A stretch of 64,000 bases of DNA, from contig JAXLNO010005561.1 of assembly GCA_038087875.1 (NCBI GenBank), positions 62,001 to 126,000 on the forward strand, in the 5' to 3' direction. This DNA comes from Malacoraja senta. Taxonomy: Eukaryota. Each line of letters starts with the position of its first letter. Position 1 is the stretch's first letter. The translations under genes were made by a program, and so were the position numbers. This document shows positions 48,621 through 61,514 of the stretch, one piece after another. A model generated the notes under the pieces. The model was not told the DNA's origin, searched no databases, and worked only from the letters and a program-made list of their open reading frames with translations.

Positions 48621-51559
48621 AATTGTACCTTCCCCCAATATTTGATTCTACTATAATATAACTGTATGTATAGAGATGAACACAATTGCGTAGAGTGAGT
48701 AGATGTGACTCTTGCCCTTGCCTGTAGCATCTGGGCCTGCAATGAATATCTTCCTGATTACCACCAGAGACCATCAAGCAATTTTGCTAGGTGAAAGGTA
48801 ACAATATGATCCTTCAGTACACATTAGCATAGATTTTCATCTATTCCGATCCTCACATCCAAGCCTGATCTGATATGTGGACCCAGCATTCAAACAATAA
48901 TTAACAAAGAGTGGAAATCCAAACAAATTCTCTCTTCCCAATTAGGCCAAATTATGCCATTGTAATTCCTGCCTGGGCAAGACTCACCAACTCTCCAGCC
49001 TAAGCCTCCTGCTCCATGTGCTTGAGCACCAAGAGGCAAACTTGGTATGAAGTAAAGAATGAGCTGCTAAGGAATTCAGCGGGTCAAGCAGCATTTGTGA
49101 TGTGAATATATATATCAGGCCATTCAGTCCATCATATTTGTCATTTATTATGATAAGTGTTGGTGTGACCAAATCCTCAACTCTGCATTACTGTCTACCT
49201 CAGCACCCTTTCACACCGTGCTTATCAAGTAGCTAACTACCACTTCCTTAGAAATATTAGAAAGCTTACATGAAAACCGTGTTGTGCCCATTTTCAAGCA
49301 TTTACACCCATTTTCTGTTGAAGTTTTCTTTGAAAAATGTGGACCAGCCACTTCCTGTAACGATTCATCCTTGTGGTGCTTTCATTTCCTCATCACATTT
49401 CCTCATGTGCTGACATCTTGTTTTATTATTCAACAGCAAAAATGGAATTAAAAGGTCATGACTTATGATCTTCCCCAGGGATGTCATTTTTACATGTTTA
49501 AAATTAAAGTGGCTAGTAAAAATTTAATCAAGAACAAAATCGCTGGCAGACGCCTCCCGCAAGGACAGAAGAGTCTGTGATCAACTGATCGCTTGAGCCA
49601 TCAGCCTGAACAGAATAGGAACTGAGGCCAGCACAAATCAGATCGAAAGGTGGAGCCTGCTCCAAGGGCTTGGTGACCTATTCCTGCTCCAATTTCCTTG
49701 ATTGGAGATCGCAAAGTTTGGGGGCACAGTAGCATTGGGTTTTAATCAGCCCACATTGTTGCACTGGCAAGACCCATGCACTGTTACCTTCTCCCCACCT
49801 CCCGTTTCCCCCCCCATAGTCTCCCCTTGAATAATCCACTCACCAACATCATCTCAAGAGGACAGCTCATGAATGTGCAATGACTGCATGTTGGGTCTTA
49901 ACACTCTCAAAGGGAACCTAACTACAAGAACAATCTATTCAAGTATTGCATCCAACAAAGCAAAACATTCCAAGGCATTTCACAGGAGACTGGCAACCAA
50001 GTTATCAAACCAAATCACCTGAGGGGGTTTTGGAACAGATCAAAGGAGCAGGTTTTTGAGGAGACAAATTAAAGGAGGGAAAATAAATTGAGAAATGGAG
50101 AAACTTAAGTGTGGAAAGAAACATTGAAGCTCATTGTGAAAAACACTTCAAGGATGTATTTCATGTTTGGATCAATTGCTAAAATTGCTGTTCTTCTGAT
50201 TTAAGATCTCACATGCCCTTAAGATACAATCAAGGAAATAACCCTGAACCTGAAACGAATAAAAGTTCTTTTTAAGGGGGTACTGCCAGACACAGTTTCA
50301 TTTCTATAAGACACGTATTCCTTAAAAGTACAATATTTAACATGCACTATCACCTGCCAACATTCCACTTTCTGCATCCTTTATGCTCAAATAAATCGTT
50401 GTTTTGTCCTTGTCCCATACCTGTTGGATGCCAAGTAGATAGCAGAAGGAAAAACAAGAGCAGGCATCGATTCCAGCTTCAGAAGCAGGTGGCAGCCAGG
50501 TGGGACCGCACAGTGGAAGCAACACCTTCCTATCACCTATCCTGTTTTAAGTCGTCTGCCTTTCTTTCTCCTGCCCAATGCCTGCTTGTTCAGAACATGG
50601 CCCAGCTGAAGGCAAACCATCTGTTTCATCAACAGAATGCACAATATGGCGACACAGCACTTTAAAGGGTGTCAGTTGTATGCCATTGCTAGAACATCTT
50701 GCTAAAATGAGGCTGGATAATAATTAAAGTATGTGTAATAAAGTGCAGTAGGATTTACATGAGATTAATAAATTGAATTGTAGAAAATCTACAGCAGGGT
50801 TAATATTTCAATTTTTAAACACAAGCACAATAACTGAGGGAGAAACATTGTCAAGTGAAATTAAATACACAGAATTCATTTAGAATGATCACACCACAGT
50901 GGGATTAACTGCACCTTAGTACAATGAGAGTCACTGCATAATTTCTACTTTCATTCCTAAATAAAATGTTCTTTACTGTTATAAAAGGTCAATTTTGGAA
51001 AGTTTGATAAACATTATGCAGCATTTCTAGCTTTACAGTCATTGGGATTTATTAAGAACCACAGTTTTTGCAGAATCTTATTGCGTAATGGTTGTATGGG
51101 ACTTCAGTCTACCAGTTTTTTCTGTTCAGCTTTTCCACATAACCTTTATGTAAATCCACAACCCCACACCACACAAAACCCCAATACCACACAGATACAT
51201 ATCTTCAGTGAACAATTACTTTAATTGCAAAAGGAGGCTTCTGAAAATGCAACTTCAAGGAGTAGACTCCAGTGGACATAAACAATGATAAGAGACTGGA
51301 AAAACAAGTTTTAATTACAAATGTTTTTACATAACTACTCTTTTTTTTCTTTCCAGTTTTATTACCCTAGGGCAAAGGCACTTCATCCATGCAAATCTGA
51401 AGCAAAGGGAGGCCTGCACAGAGCACACAACGGGCATCCAGTTTGAAAATTCCTCTGTTCTATTTCCAGGCAAGGTCACATTGAAAGGGCATGGACACCC
51501 GCCAATAGTTTAGAGATAGAGGCACTGGTGAGGAAAACATAATAATTTTCAGCAGTGAA

Positions 51560-52480
51560 ATGGAGACACGAGAGACTACTGATCTGGGAATCTAGTGCAA
51601 AAAAAAACCTGGAGAAACTCAGTGTGTCAGGCAACATCTGAGAAAGGAAATGGACGATATTTCAAGTGAGATTCCTTCTTCAAGATTGGAGTACAAATAA
51701 GATAGCTGCTGGAAAGAGGCGAGGGGTGATTAGCAGATGTGTCAGGGAGTGAAAAGGAGAGTGAAGACCATCACAAAAGCTAGAGGTGATAAATGGAGAA
51801 GATAAAGGGCTGTTGATGTGGAATTTGATAAGAAAGAAAAATCAAGTAGTCAAGTTTATTGTCAGATGCACAAGTACAGTGAGGTACAGGTACACTGAAA
51901 ACCTTTCCTGCAAGTGAAATATAGAACAAGAGGGAGGCATGGTGAGTAGACGGGAATAGGGGGGAGGGATAAATAGAGAAGCTGAGGGGGCAGGGGTGGG
52001 TGCTGAACAGTGGGTGGAGGTGTGCATGAGATGACTGGATAGATCAGGAGAGAGAAGGGGTTGGAGGTTACCTGAACTTGGCAGTATTCAATGTGCATGC
52101 TATTGAGTTATAGGCCACACAAGTGGAATCTGAGGTGCTGTTCTTCCAGTTCACATGTGATCTCATGCCGGTAGTAGAGGAGGCAGAAGACAGACAGATT
52201 CGTGAGGGAAAGCAAATTGAAGTGGTGGGCAACTGGGAGCTCTAGCTGGCCCTGGCGGACACATGATTGGTGATTATAGCACACGATGACTTGCCAGCTC
52301 TTGCCCCACTCCTTCCCATCACCTTTTTCTACCAGCTATCACCCCTCCACTCTGATCTTGAAAAAGGATTCCAACCTGAACCTCTGTCTGCCCATTTCCC
52401 TCCACTGATGATGCCTGACCCACTGAGTTCCTCTCGCCCTTTGTTTTTTTTACTCAAGAATTCAGCATCTTGCGTCTTCT
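51560..52480 (-). mobile_element. Older PLE: pLTR and GIY-YIG end on minus (51560-52262) with an inverted pLTR on plus (52265-52480); LINE tail inserted at 51842-51915
   Basis: GAGGTTACCTGAACTTGGCAGTATTCAATGTGC...GTGCTGTTCTTCCAGTT (endonuclease C-terminus); ATGATGCCTGACCCACTGAGTTCCTC on the other strand. Confidence 0.7.
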
Positions 52481-52901
52481 AGTTTCTTGCGTCTTCCTTG
52501 TAATAACAGCATATATTGCATAAATAAAAGTCTATTACACTCCACTTAATTCCACCAGAAAAGGAATATCATTGTTTTTGTTGTGGAACTAACATAAAGA
52601 AAATGATACAAAATCTTTTACATAGTAACAAACATCAAAAAGCTCTCCTCTAAATAAATAACCTGTCGTGATAAACAAACCTTCAATGTTAGAAAGTGAT
52701 GCCACTTTGCCAATTTAAAAAACTTTCCCGTTTCACAGTTGATGGCTAAACAACTTCAACTAGAACGAAACCGGAAGCACACAGAGGTTGCAAGCTGGTG
52801 CTACTTATATGAACTGTCCTCATAACACATTTTACAAAGTTTCAAATTACATTTTTGTTTTTAACCCATCCATATTTCCATTGTATAGCCAAGCCACACA
52901 A

Positions 52902-53112
52902 TAACTAGAGAGCGATCCTGAGCTATCATCTACCTAATTGAAGGTCCTAGGACTATCTTTAATCGGACTTTTTCTTGCACTACTGGTTGATCCGTTTATC
53001 GTGCATCTGTACACTGTGGATGCTCGATTGTGATCATGTATTTCACTGACTGGATAACACGCAACAAAAAGCTTTTCACTGTACCAGTAACAATAAACGT
53101 AACTAAACTAAA
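52902..53112 (+). mobile_element. Rex1-type 3' UTR
   Basis: Homologous to 13410-13636; (AAACT)n tail. Confidence 0.65.
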
Positions 53113-53230
53113 AGTTGCCATCTTTTTTATTAGCTTTACTCAAAATCCAAGCTTCTTTCTTGGAAAAGAAAAACGAAGCATGTCCGTGCTCATATCAAGT
53201 GAGCAGAGGCAAGTTCAGGTTCCAGGTACA

Positions 53231-53326
53231 AGGTCTGAAGAAGGCTCTCAACCCGAAACGTCACCCATTCCTTCTATCCAGAGATGCTGCCCGTCTTGCT
53301 GAGTTACTACAGCTTTTTGTGTCTAT
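53231..53326 (+). mobile_element. Short pLTR copy with hammerhead core
   Basis: GGT-CTGAAGA-AGGCTCTCAACCC-GAAAC-GTC-ACC; flanked by TTCCAGGT direct repeats. Confidence 0.8.
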
Positions 53327-54150
53327 TTCCAGGTGTAATCCTTCATCTCAATGAGAGATATTGAGTGCACCTCAATGATCCAGTATCTTCTATTTTTTTC
53401 TCTCCATGTGGGAGAATGCACGATTGTTGCCAAGTGTTCTTTATGTTCTGCGACAGGGGCTCACACTTCAGAAATGGTTTTGCCCTCACTTTTCAAGGAG
53501 CACTTAAGATGTAGACTTAAAAGCAATATGCCAATATACCTAAAACAGCGACACTTATTACAACAAAGCTGTTAATTAGGGACAGCTTTTGCTAAACACA
53601 TCATTTTACTTTCTTTGCACCATCTGGTTGCTTTTACTCCAACACTTTAAACAACACATGGTCAGAGAAGGCATTAACTTTTTTATTTTTGTTTGCTGTC
53701 AACAGAATTTGAATTTTTTTTTACAAAACAAGGGTTGCGCAAAACCTTTCACAAGTTGTCGTATTCACATTAAACTGACACAGAATTTGCCAGATTCCAC
53801 TCAACCAACCAAAGGGCTCTTTATACTTCAAATGGCTTTTAAAATCAGGCCTAGTAGATTCTCATGTCACAGGCTGATTACAGGATGACTATAATTGACA
53901 AGCAAAGCCTGGGAACAGGCAAGAATGTTGTCATGGTGACAGTCTCTGAATGGCAGCCATGCAACACCTTTATCCAAATTGCTTATAAACAAAGTAACAT
54001 GATGCCTTCAGTCATTGGCTGTGGTGGAAGCAGTTCACTTCCAAGACCTAATGAGACTGGTTAAATTTTGGGGTCTACATCCAAGCCTGTATTTATTTAT
54101 TTTACAGTCTGTGTGATATTTACTGGAACTCAGACTATCGGATCTTGAAT

Positions 54151-54773
54151 AGGAAGGAACTGCAAATGCTGGTTTAAACCGAAAATAGACACAAAATGCT
54201 GGAGTAACTCAGAGGGACAGGCAGCATCTCTGGAGAAGGAATGGGTGATGTTTCGGGTCGAGACCCTTCTTTAGACTAGTCAGGGGAAAGGGAAATGAGC
54301 GATATAGGCAGTGATATAGAGAGATATAGAACAAATGAATGAAAGATATGCAAAAAAAGTAACGATGATAAAGGAAACAGGCCATTGTTAGCTGTTTGCT
54401 AAGTGAGAATGAGAACCTGGTGCGACTTGTGCGAACCTGGTGTGTCTGGTGGGGGAGGGATGGAGAGAGAGGGAATGCAGGGGTTACTTGAAGTTAGAGA
54501 TATCCATATTTATACCTCTGGGTTGTAAGCTGCCCAAGCGAAATACAAGATGCTGTTCTTCCAATCTGTGATTAGCCTCACTCTGACAATGGAGGAGGCC
54601 TAGGACAGAAAGGTCAGTGTGGGAATGGCAAGGGGAATTAAAGTGTTTGGTAACCGGGAGATCAGGTAAGTCCAGGCAGACTGAGCGAAGTGTTCAGCGA
54701 AATGATCGGCCAGTTTACGTTTGGTCTCACCGATGTATAACAGTCCACATCTTGAACAACGAATACAGTAGAT
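54151..54773 (-). mobile_element. 5'-truncated PLE (GIY-YIG C-terminal half, 3' UTR, pLTR)
   Basis: Minus strand IYCIRCSRCGLLYIGETKR; pLTR at 54151-54275. Confidence 0.88.
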
Positions 54774-55214
54774 CTATATCTACAAAACCAATATAAAAAT
54801 TAACTGTACTCTCTGAAATGGTGGTTTGGATATTTCACATAATTATCCCTTGTGCACCTCCTTTTCTTTGCTACTTTAAATGTTTTAGATAAAGGGTCAT
54901 CAACACAAAAATTCACCAGCCATCAAATCCTGATTTTGTCTCTACTAAACTAGTCTGGAGAAGAGGCTGCCGCTTTTGCAAATGTTCAAATCTGTTCATG
55001 TCCTTGTAAAATATTGGATGAATGCTATGTTATAATCAAGAATTGAAAAATAAAATGTTATTGATTTAATGTATTTTAAAATAATGATGTTTCAAGGGAG
55101 AGGTAGAATATCCAAAATGAGAGGTAGAATATTAAAAATTATGAATAATGTTGAAAAAGTTATTCAGAGAAAAAAAGAGCACAACTTCCTAAATATTTAA
55201 ATAATTGCAAAGGC

Positions 55215-55390
55215 ATAGACATTGTTACACAGCTCAGAAACAGGCCCCTTGGCCCAGCTTGTCCATGCTGACCTTTCTGCCACTGGTTCCATTTGCCCAC
55301 ATTAGGACCGTATCCTTCTGTGCTCTGCCTATTCAAATACTATCTACTTGCCTCTGAAACATAATATATGTTCCTTATTCCGCCACCTCA
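55215..55390 (-). mobile_element. CR1 3' end remnant
   Basis: CAGAAACAGGCCCCTTGGCCCAGCTTGTCCATGCTGACC. Confidence 0.65.
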
Positions 55391-56296
55391 GTACACGTGC
55401 CAATAAACTAAAGTTTGGTTTCATCACAAGCAGAAATACCACCGAAAACACTGAACCATAATAAACTTCGAAAGTACAGCTTCCAAGAACAATCAATCAT
55501 CAATCAATCACAAATTACCAGACCAATGATAGCTAAAGCAGACATTTTTGCAGGTTAGCTAAACCGATTCACAAATTACCAGGTAAATTCAATTCACCTC
55601 TCCTTTGGACATTCTACTTCACTCCTCAATCGTCATAATTTAAAAATATATTAAATTAATAAAATCAATATAAATCTTATTTTTTATACTCAATGAAAAA
55701 TAACAGCATTCATCAATACTTTACACAAGGACATGAGCTGATCTGTGCATTTGCAAAAACAGCAGCCTCCTCCCCAGACCAGTTTAAAAGTACTGGACAG
55801 GAAACAGCATATAAAAAGTTTACCAGTTGTACAATTGCCCATCCTCTGAAATCAATCCCATAAAGCAACTGGGCCACCCTCTAATAGCAACCAGAGCACT
55901 GCACAGTCAGATTGAGGAGAAATCTTTCTCTCTGTCAGCTTCAGCTCTGAAGTACAATATAGACTGAACCTATTATTATTATTACAGCATGCTCATAACT
56001 ACTGCTACTGTTTGCACTACCTTTTCTCTGTTCTTTTACAACTTATCCCTCTAATACACCTTGACCATTAAGCAGAAGTAGAGATCTGTGCAGTGCTACT
56101 TAGAAACTGAATACGACAATTGTTGGAGACGCCATTGCACACTAGATCATCTCACAGGACATGGTTTTCAAAATGTTCAGCCAAGGAGAATGTTGTTTCC
56201 AAACACTGATAAAATTTCAAAGACAGTATTTTCTACTCCAGGAATGGCTAGCCTTAATTTAAAGTCTGTAGACAGCTTGAAGTATCATGACCGTCA

Positions 56297-56420
56297 TGTT
56301 GTTTAAGAAGGAACTGCAGATGCTGGAAAATTGAAGGTACACAAAATTGCGGGAGAAGCTCAGCGGGTGCAGCAGCATCTATGGAGCGAAGGAGATCGGC
56401 AACCTTTCAGGCCGAAACCT
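56297..56420 (-). mobile_element. Short pLTR copy
   Basis: TTTAAGAAGGAACTGCAGATGCTGGAAAA...CAGCATCTATGGAGCGAAGGA...GCCGAAACC. Confidence 0.8.
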
Positions 56421-56634
56421 CATTAAGGAGCCAAGATTTCTGTTAAGTCCAGTGAAGGTCATGGCATGCCTTCTATTCAAAAGTCCTAAGGTCCCACGCA
56501 CCTTCCTGTGCCCTTTCATCATGCATATTCTTCTTCCAGAAAATCTCATTGATTATAGGCACTCTCTGCTAGAACGGTGAACAGAACTCTGCATGAACTT
56601 AGCCACCAAATACTTTTCTTCCATTTTCCAGCAG

Positions 56635-56872
56635 CCCTACCTGCCCACAATTGGAGCATATCCCTCTAAACCTTCCCTTCATATCCATGTACCTTTCCAA
56701 ATGTCCCTTTAAATGTTGTTGTAGTGGCTGCCTCATCTACCTTCTCTGGCAGCTCATTCCATATACCCACCAACCCCTGCGTGGAAATGTTGCCCCTCAG
56801 GATCTTGATTCCCCGACGCTGGGTAATAGACTTTGTGCATTCACACTATTCCCTCATGATTTTATACACCTT
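56635..56872 (-). mobile_element. CR1 fragment
   Basis: CATATCCCTCTAAACC...CTCTGGCAGCTCATTCCATATACCCACCAACC...CCCTCATGATTTTATACACC. Confidence 0.72.
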
Positions 56873-57764
56873 CATGCACATTGTATAAAAACAATCCATG
56901 GAGGAAGACTACAAAGATTAGTAACTGGACAAAGGCTACAATATAATACATCTGTTTGAGAAGATAGCTAACAATATTCTGATGTGTCAGTGCACCCTGC
57001 AGATTAGACTAGTATTAAAAAATCTTCAACCATATTGATTCAGTATATCCATGCATCGCTTCAGTGATTGTTTAAAACAAAGGTTGATTTTTATTTCCAC
57101 AAATAACTTAAATGTCCAAGTAAATCTAATAAAGACCAAGTGTAAAACAGTTTTCCTGCCCATACAACCCAGCTCACGACATGCATTAAAAGGTAACTAT
57201 TCCAGTCAAAGGTAGAAGAGAATGCCTTCAAATAGGACTTTTTGAATTTTCCCTCCTGCACAAATAGGTAAGCAGTGATTCATCGTATCCAAGCCACCAA
57301 GAATCACTTGATTACAAAAGCTCATTGTACAAGATTTAATCCCGTTTCTACAGCTCCCTTCTGTTATGAATGCTTGCTTCACACATTGTATGGAGGCTGA
57401 TCATCTGTGCAGCACATTTTGAAATCCTATTTGAGGAATCATGCTGTGAACAGACTTTGCAACGGATGATTTGAATGAATAAGGAAAGCAGCAAATAGAT
57501 ATGGATTCTTGAGCAAAAATCAAAGTGCTGGAGGAACCTCTGTCATCCCTACACTTCCTCACGGACACTCTCTCTGTACCCCATGACTGTGTAGCCAACT
57601 CACATCCTGATACTTTTTTTAATATAACGTTCCTTGTTGCTGAAATCCTATGATTAGTCAGCATAGACAAGTAGGGCTGGAGAGCCGGTTTCTATACTAT
57701 ATGACTATGTTCCACTTTGGGAAGTCATATGTACGAGGTATGAAGTAATTGACAGGATCTTTAG

Positions 57765-57950
57765 AAGCATTGATGTATAAAGGGAATTTGGGGTGCTCAT
57801 TCATAATTCCTTGAAAGTGGCAATACATATAGATCGGGGGAGGGGGGGGGGGGGGAAGAAGGAATACGGCATACTTGCCTTCATTGGCGGAGGCATTAAG
57901 AATAAAAGTTGGCAAGACATGTTGCAGCTGAGTGAAACATTGGTTAGGCC
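57765..57950 (+). mobile_element. CR1 RT remnant
   Basis: KEYGILAFIGGGIKNKSWQDMLQLSETLVRP. Confidence 0.72.
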
Positions 57951-60071
57951 TAAAAATGGCTCCAGAACAATTCAGCATGGTGGGGGGAAAAAACTGTGAT
58001 GTCCCAATTTCTAGGGAAGGGGTTTTGCATCTTGACGAAAACCCCCACAAATGAAGGCTAAATATCTCTTGGAAGTCCCTATCTCCATTACAATGAGGGT
58101 CACAGAATCAAAGTGGCAGTGGATATGTAAGGTTTGCAGTGACAGTTCAATTTTCAGCCTATCTATTTGTTTATAGAGCGAGGAAACAACACTCCACATT
58201 TATATCATGAGACATGGCTAGTCATTTAATTACCTAAAATTGTTATCACTCCTGATAAGCAGATTATGTTATTTAAAAAAGATTAAAAAACAAGTTTAAA
58301 CAGCGGCAGCCACTCTACTCCGAACAATTTTATTTTTCCCACGATTGAGTTAAACAACGGTGCCCTTTAAGTAAATGATGGGTGGACGTGTATATAGTTT
58401 GTAAAATCTTCAAATTTCCAATAATTTAACGTAATTAAATGGGGAAAACATATTTGTGTCTTAATTTGAGATACAACCATTGAAATGACAAAATGTTAAA
58501 ATGACAGTTTAAAAATAGACATGCTTTAAAAAAGGAATTTTTTCTACACTTCTCAGAATAAATTGTGAACTCTTCACAAAGCGATGTTTGAATAGCTATG
58601 ACACAGCTATCGTCTCGGTAGCTATAATTGCATATAAACACAGTGAGGAGCAAACTGGAAGGATTTCTTCCTGAACATGGATGATTAAGCCCACATTCTC
58701 ACTGCACAGCATTGTGGATGCGAATCTCAGGATAGAATTCTTGGCATTATATATTTTCTCTTAACAGTAGGGAAGTGTGATCAGGAAGTGTGGGTCAGTT
58801 ACTCAGCTAGAAAAAAGGATCAAAGTTGCCTTTTGGTTTTGTAGATTTTTATTCTGTTCTGATTTGGTAAGAGGTTCTATATTTGATGGCTAGGCAATTT
58901 CACTGTGAAAGTCAACAACAATTAGGTGATACTCCATTTATAATGAAAAGGGAGTTGGACCTAAATGACTGTGCATTTCCTTTGTGCTTTCCAAGTCACA
59001 ACTTGGTGCAAAGGAATACTGCTAACTGACAACAGACTGAGAAGACACGCAATGCTGAAAATAGCTCAGTTCAGACCTCCATCACACTGAGTAATCCCCG
59101 CTCAGGCTTCCTTTCTGACAGCATGCACAATGATTTGAAGTGAATAAGCTCCGATCACTTTGGATGCAGACATGTTAGCTATAAGATTAGAGTTTAATTC
59201 TAGAACCAAGTACTTCAGATCTTTTATTTTTTTAAATGACTAGGCATTATCAGAACCAAATGAGGACACAAAGGTTTATCCAAATCAATGTAAATTATGC
59301 ACAATACACATATTATCTTTGTTCATAAATAGATGAAATTAAAAATGACAATTTAGTTTAATTAACTTGCATTAGCAGGCTTCAATTATCTCAAAAAGAA
59401 AAACTGTATTGAGAGTGCGCAGAGGTGAAAAATATCCTAGTGGTAAACCAAAAGACAGCCATTACAATATTGTGGGAGACAAGTCGACCATATTAAAACC
59501 AGACACCACCAGTAATGGTTTCATCGAAAACCAGAGACCACAGACCACGGTCTTAGCTCTTACTTCTAGAAGAGCTTGCAACACAGAACGATGTTTCAAA
59601 GCAACGGTACATTTGGAGTTTCATTTTCTTGCTGGTAAGTGGTTGCATTCACCAGTGCAGGGAGTTTTCTCCCATTACAATGTGGAAGGTGGGAGGAGGG
59701 AGCAGGGCAGGAGATGGCATCCAATGTGACTGGCTAAAGTCTTAATGCAATTCATTCATGACCTATAAATCCCCATTTCCCACTGATGCAAAGGAGGAAA
59801 AAAGTAATAACAATCCTTAGAATTTCCTCCTATGTTTACATTTTCTCTTATCCCTCACTGTGCAACGCTATCCACAACTGCCGAGTGGGCACTACACCAC
59901 ATTAGCAGGAGAAACCAATGTACGGCTCCTATGGACAGAGGCGGCAGGGAAAGGAATGAATGAAAGCGTTACAGGCTTACTGCAAACAAGACCTATACCA
60001 CAAATCCACGAGGACCCTACTTGTTGCCTCGTACAGTTTATAGAGAGGAAAATGAACGATTATAAAATTAC

Positions 60072-60200
60072 TTGTTTAAGAAGGAACTGCAGAAACTGGA
60101 AAATCGAAGGTAGACAAAAATGCTGGAGAAACTCAGCGGGTGAGGCAGCATCTATGGAGCGAAGGAAATAGGCAATGTTTCGGGTCGAGACCCTTCTTCA
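60072..60200 (-). mobile_element. 129-bp pLTR/hammerhead-end retro-insertion
   Basis: Perfect 14-bp TSD GATTATAAAATTAC at 60058-60071 and 60201-60214; the insert begins (minus strand) at the hammerhead CTGAAGA. Confidence 0.9.
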
Positions 60201-60790
60201 GATTATAAAATTACAGTCGAGAGGGAGCAATGGAACTTGGATATTAAGGCAATCAGTGGATATGGAATTAGTGCAGTCACATGGGCTAAGATAAAATATC
60301 AGCCATGATCTTACCTCATTCTTGTTTCTATTTCTTACATTTTATGTTCTTAAAGCATTACTGACTTGTAGGGTAAAAGTGTTTCCGTGAAAAGGAAACT
60401 TTGATTTTATGTTTTTTTAAATGAGTTTGGAAGTTGTCTACTAATCTTTCTATGCCTTCATTATTTATATGTAATCATTATCAAAGTGTTTTTATACCTG
60501 ACATAATTTTATTTAATTTTATGGATGGTCAAGTGCAAGGTACTTTTTAAAAATGTATGTTTGTTTCTTGATTGTTATGGTTTTTATACAGATACTGACC
60601 ACAATAACTCAGCGATCAGAGACCTGTTCTCACCACATATCACTAGGTTTTCAACTGTCCTAACTTTTCAGCTCACTAACAATAAATACACTACCACCAT
60701 GCACAGCTACAGTAAAAATACCATCCGGTAGTAGGAACAGCAATGGACTGGTCGGGACTGCAAATGGAATCCCTGCAAGTTGATGATTTA

Positions 60791-61067
60791 AGGGCCTGTC
60801 CCACTTTCCCGAGTCCTCTGCCAAGTTGAAAGGACCTTAAAAAAAAAATCAAGATTTTTGTGATCTACGAACTCCTCCTCCCGACTATCTTTTTACTCGT
60901 GGACTTTTTTGACATGCTGATAAAAACGTCCCAACTTACCTGACATAACGAGCCGCTACGATATAGCTACGGACTCCTACGGACTCGCTACGGACATTCT
61001 CCGAGTTTGAATCAAGGGGAAAACTCGGGAGAATTCGTGAGTAACTCGGGAAAGTGGGACAGGCCCT
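60791..61067. mobile_element. PIF/Harbinger-type MITE
   Basis: Perfect 24-bp TIR AGGGCCTGTCCCACTTTCCCGAGT; TTA TSD at 60788-60790 and 61068-61070. Confidence 0.9.
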
Positions 61068-61319
61068 TTAGATAGCAGTGTTTCTCCTACTTTTTCTAAA
61101 TGATCACAATCCAACTTCCATTTCTGCCCCAAAGAGACACAATACCATAGACAACAAAACACAGGGTACCAAAAAACAAATTTGGCCTCCATCGGTACTT
61201 ATAAAGCAGAAAACATATTAATACAATTTATAGATACTATTGCAGTTGTGAAACCTTTTCCCATGCTTGGTTAAGTTTCAAATTGCTTCTTGATGCAAAT
61301 ACGTAATTACATAGATTAT

Positions 61320-61514
61320 AAAAAAAGACACAAAGTGCTGGAGTAACTCAGTGGGTCAGGTAGCATTCCTGGAGATCATGTCTGGGTGGCTTTTCGGGAA
61401 GGGTCCCGACCCAAAACATCACTTATCCATGTTCTCCAGAGATGCTGCCTGACCCATTGAGTTACTCCAGCACTATATCTTTTTTTGCAACCAGCATCTG
61501 CAGTTCTTTGTGTC
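61320..61514. mobile_element. Fold-back pLTR pair with TSD
   Basis: AGTGCTGGAGTAACTCAGTGGGTCAGG ... CCTGACCCATTGAGTTACTCCAGCACT; TSD TACATAGATTAT (61308-61319) / TACATAGAATAT (61515-61526). Confidence 0.85.
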
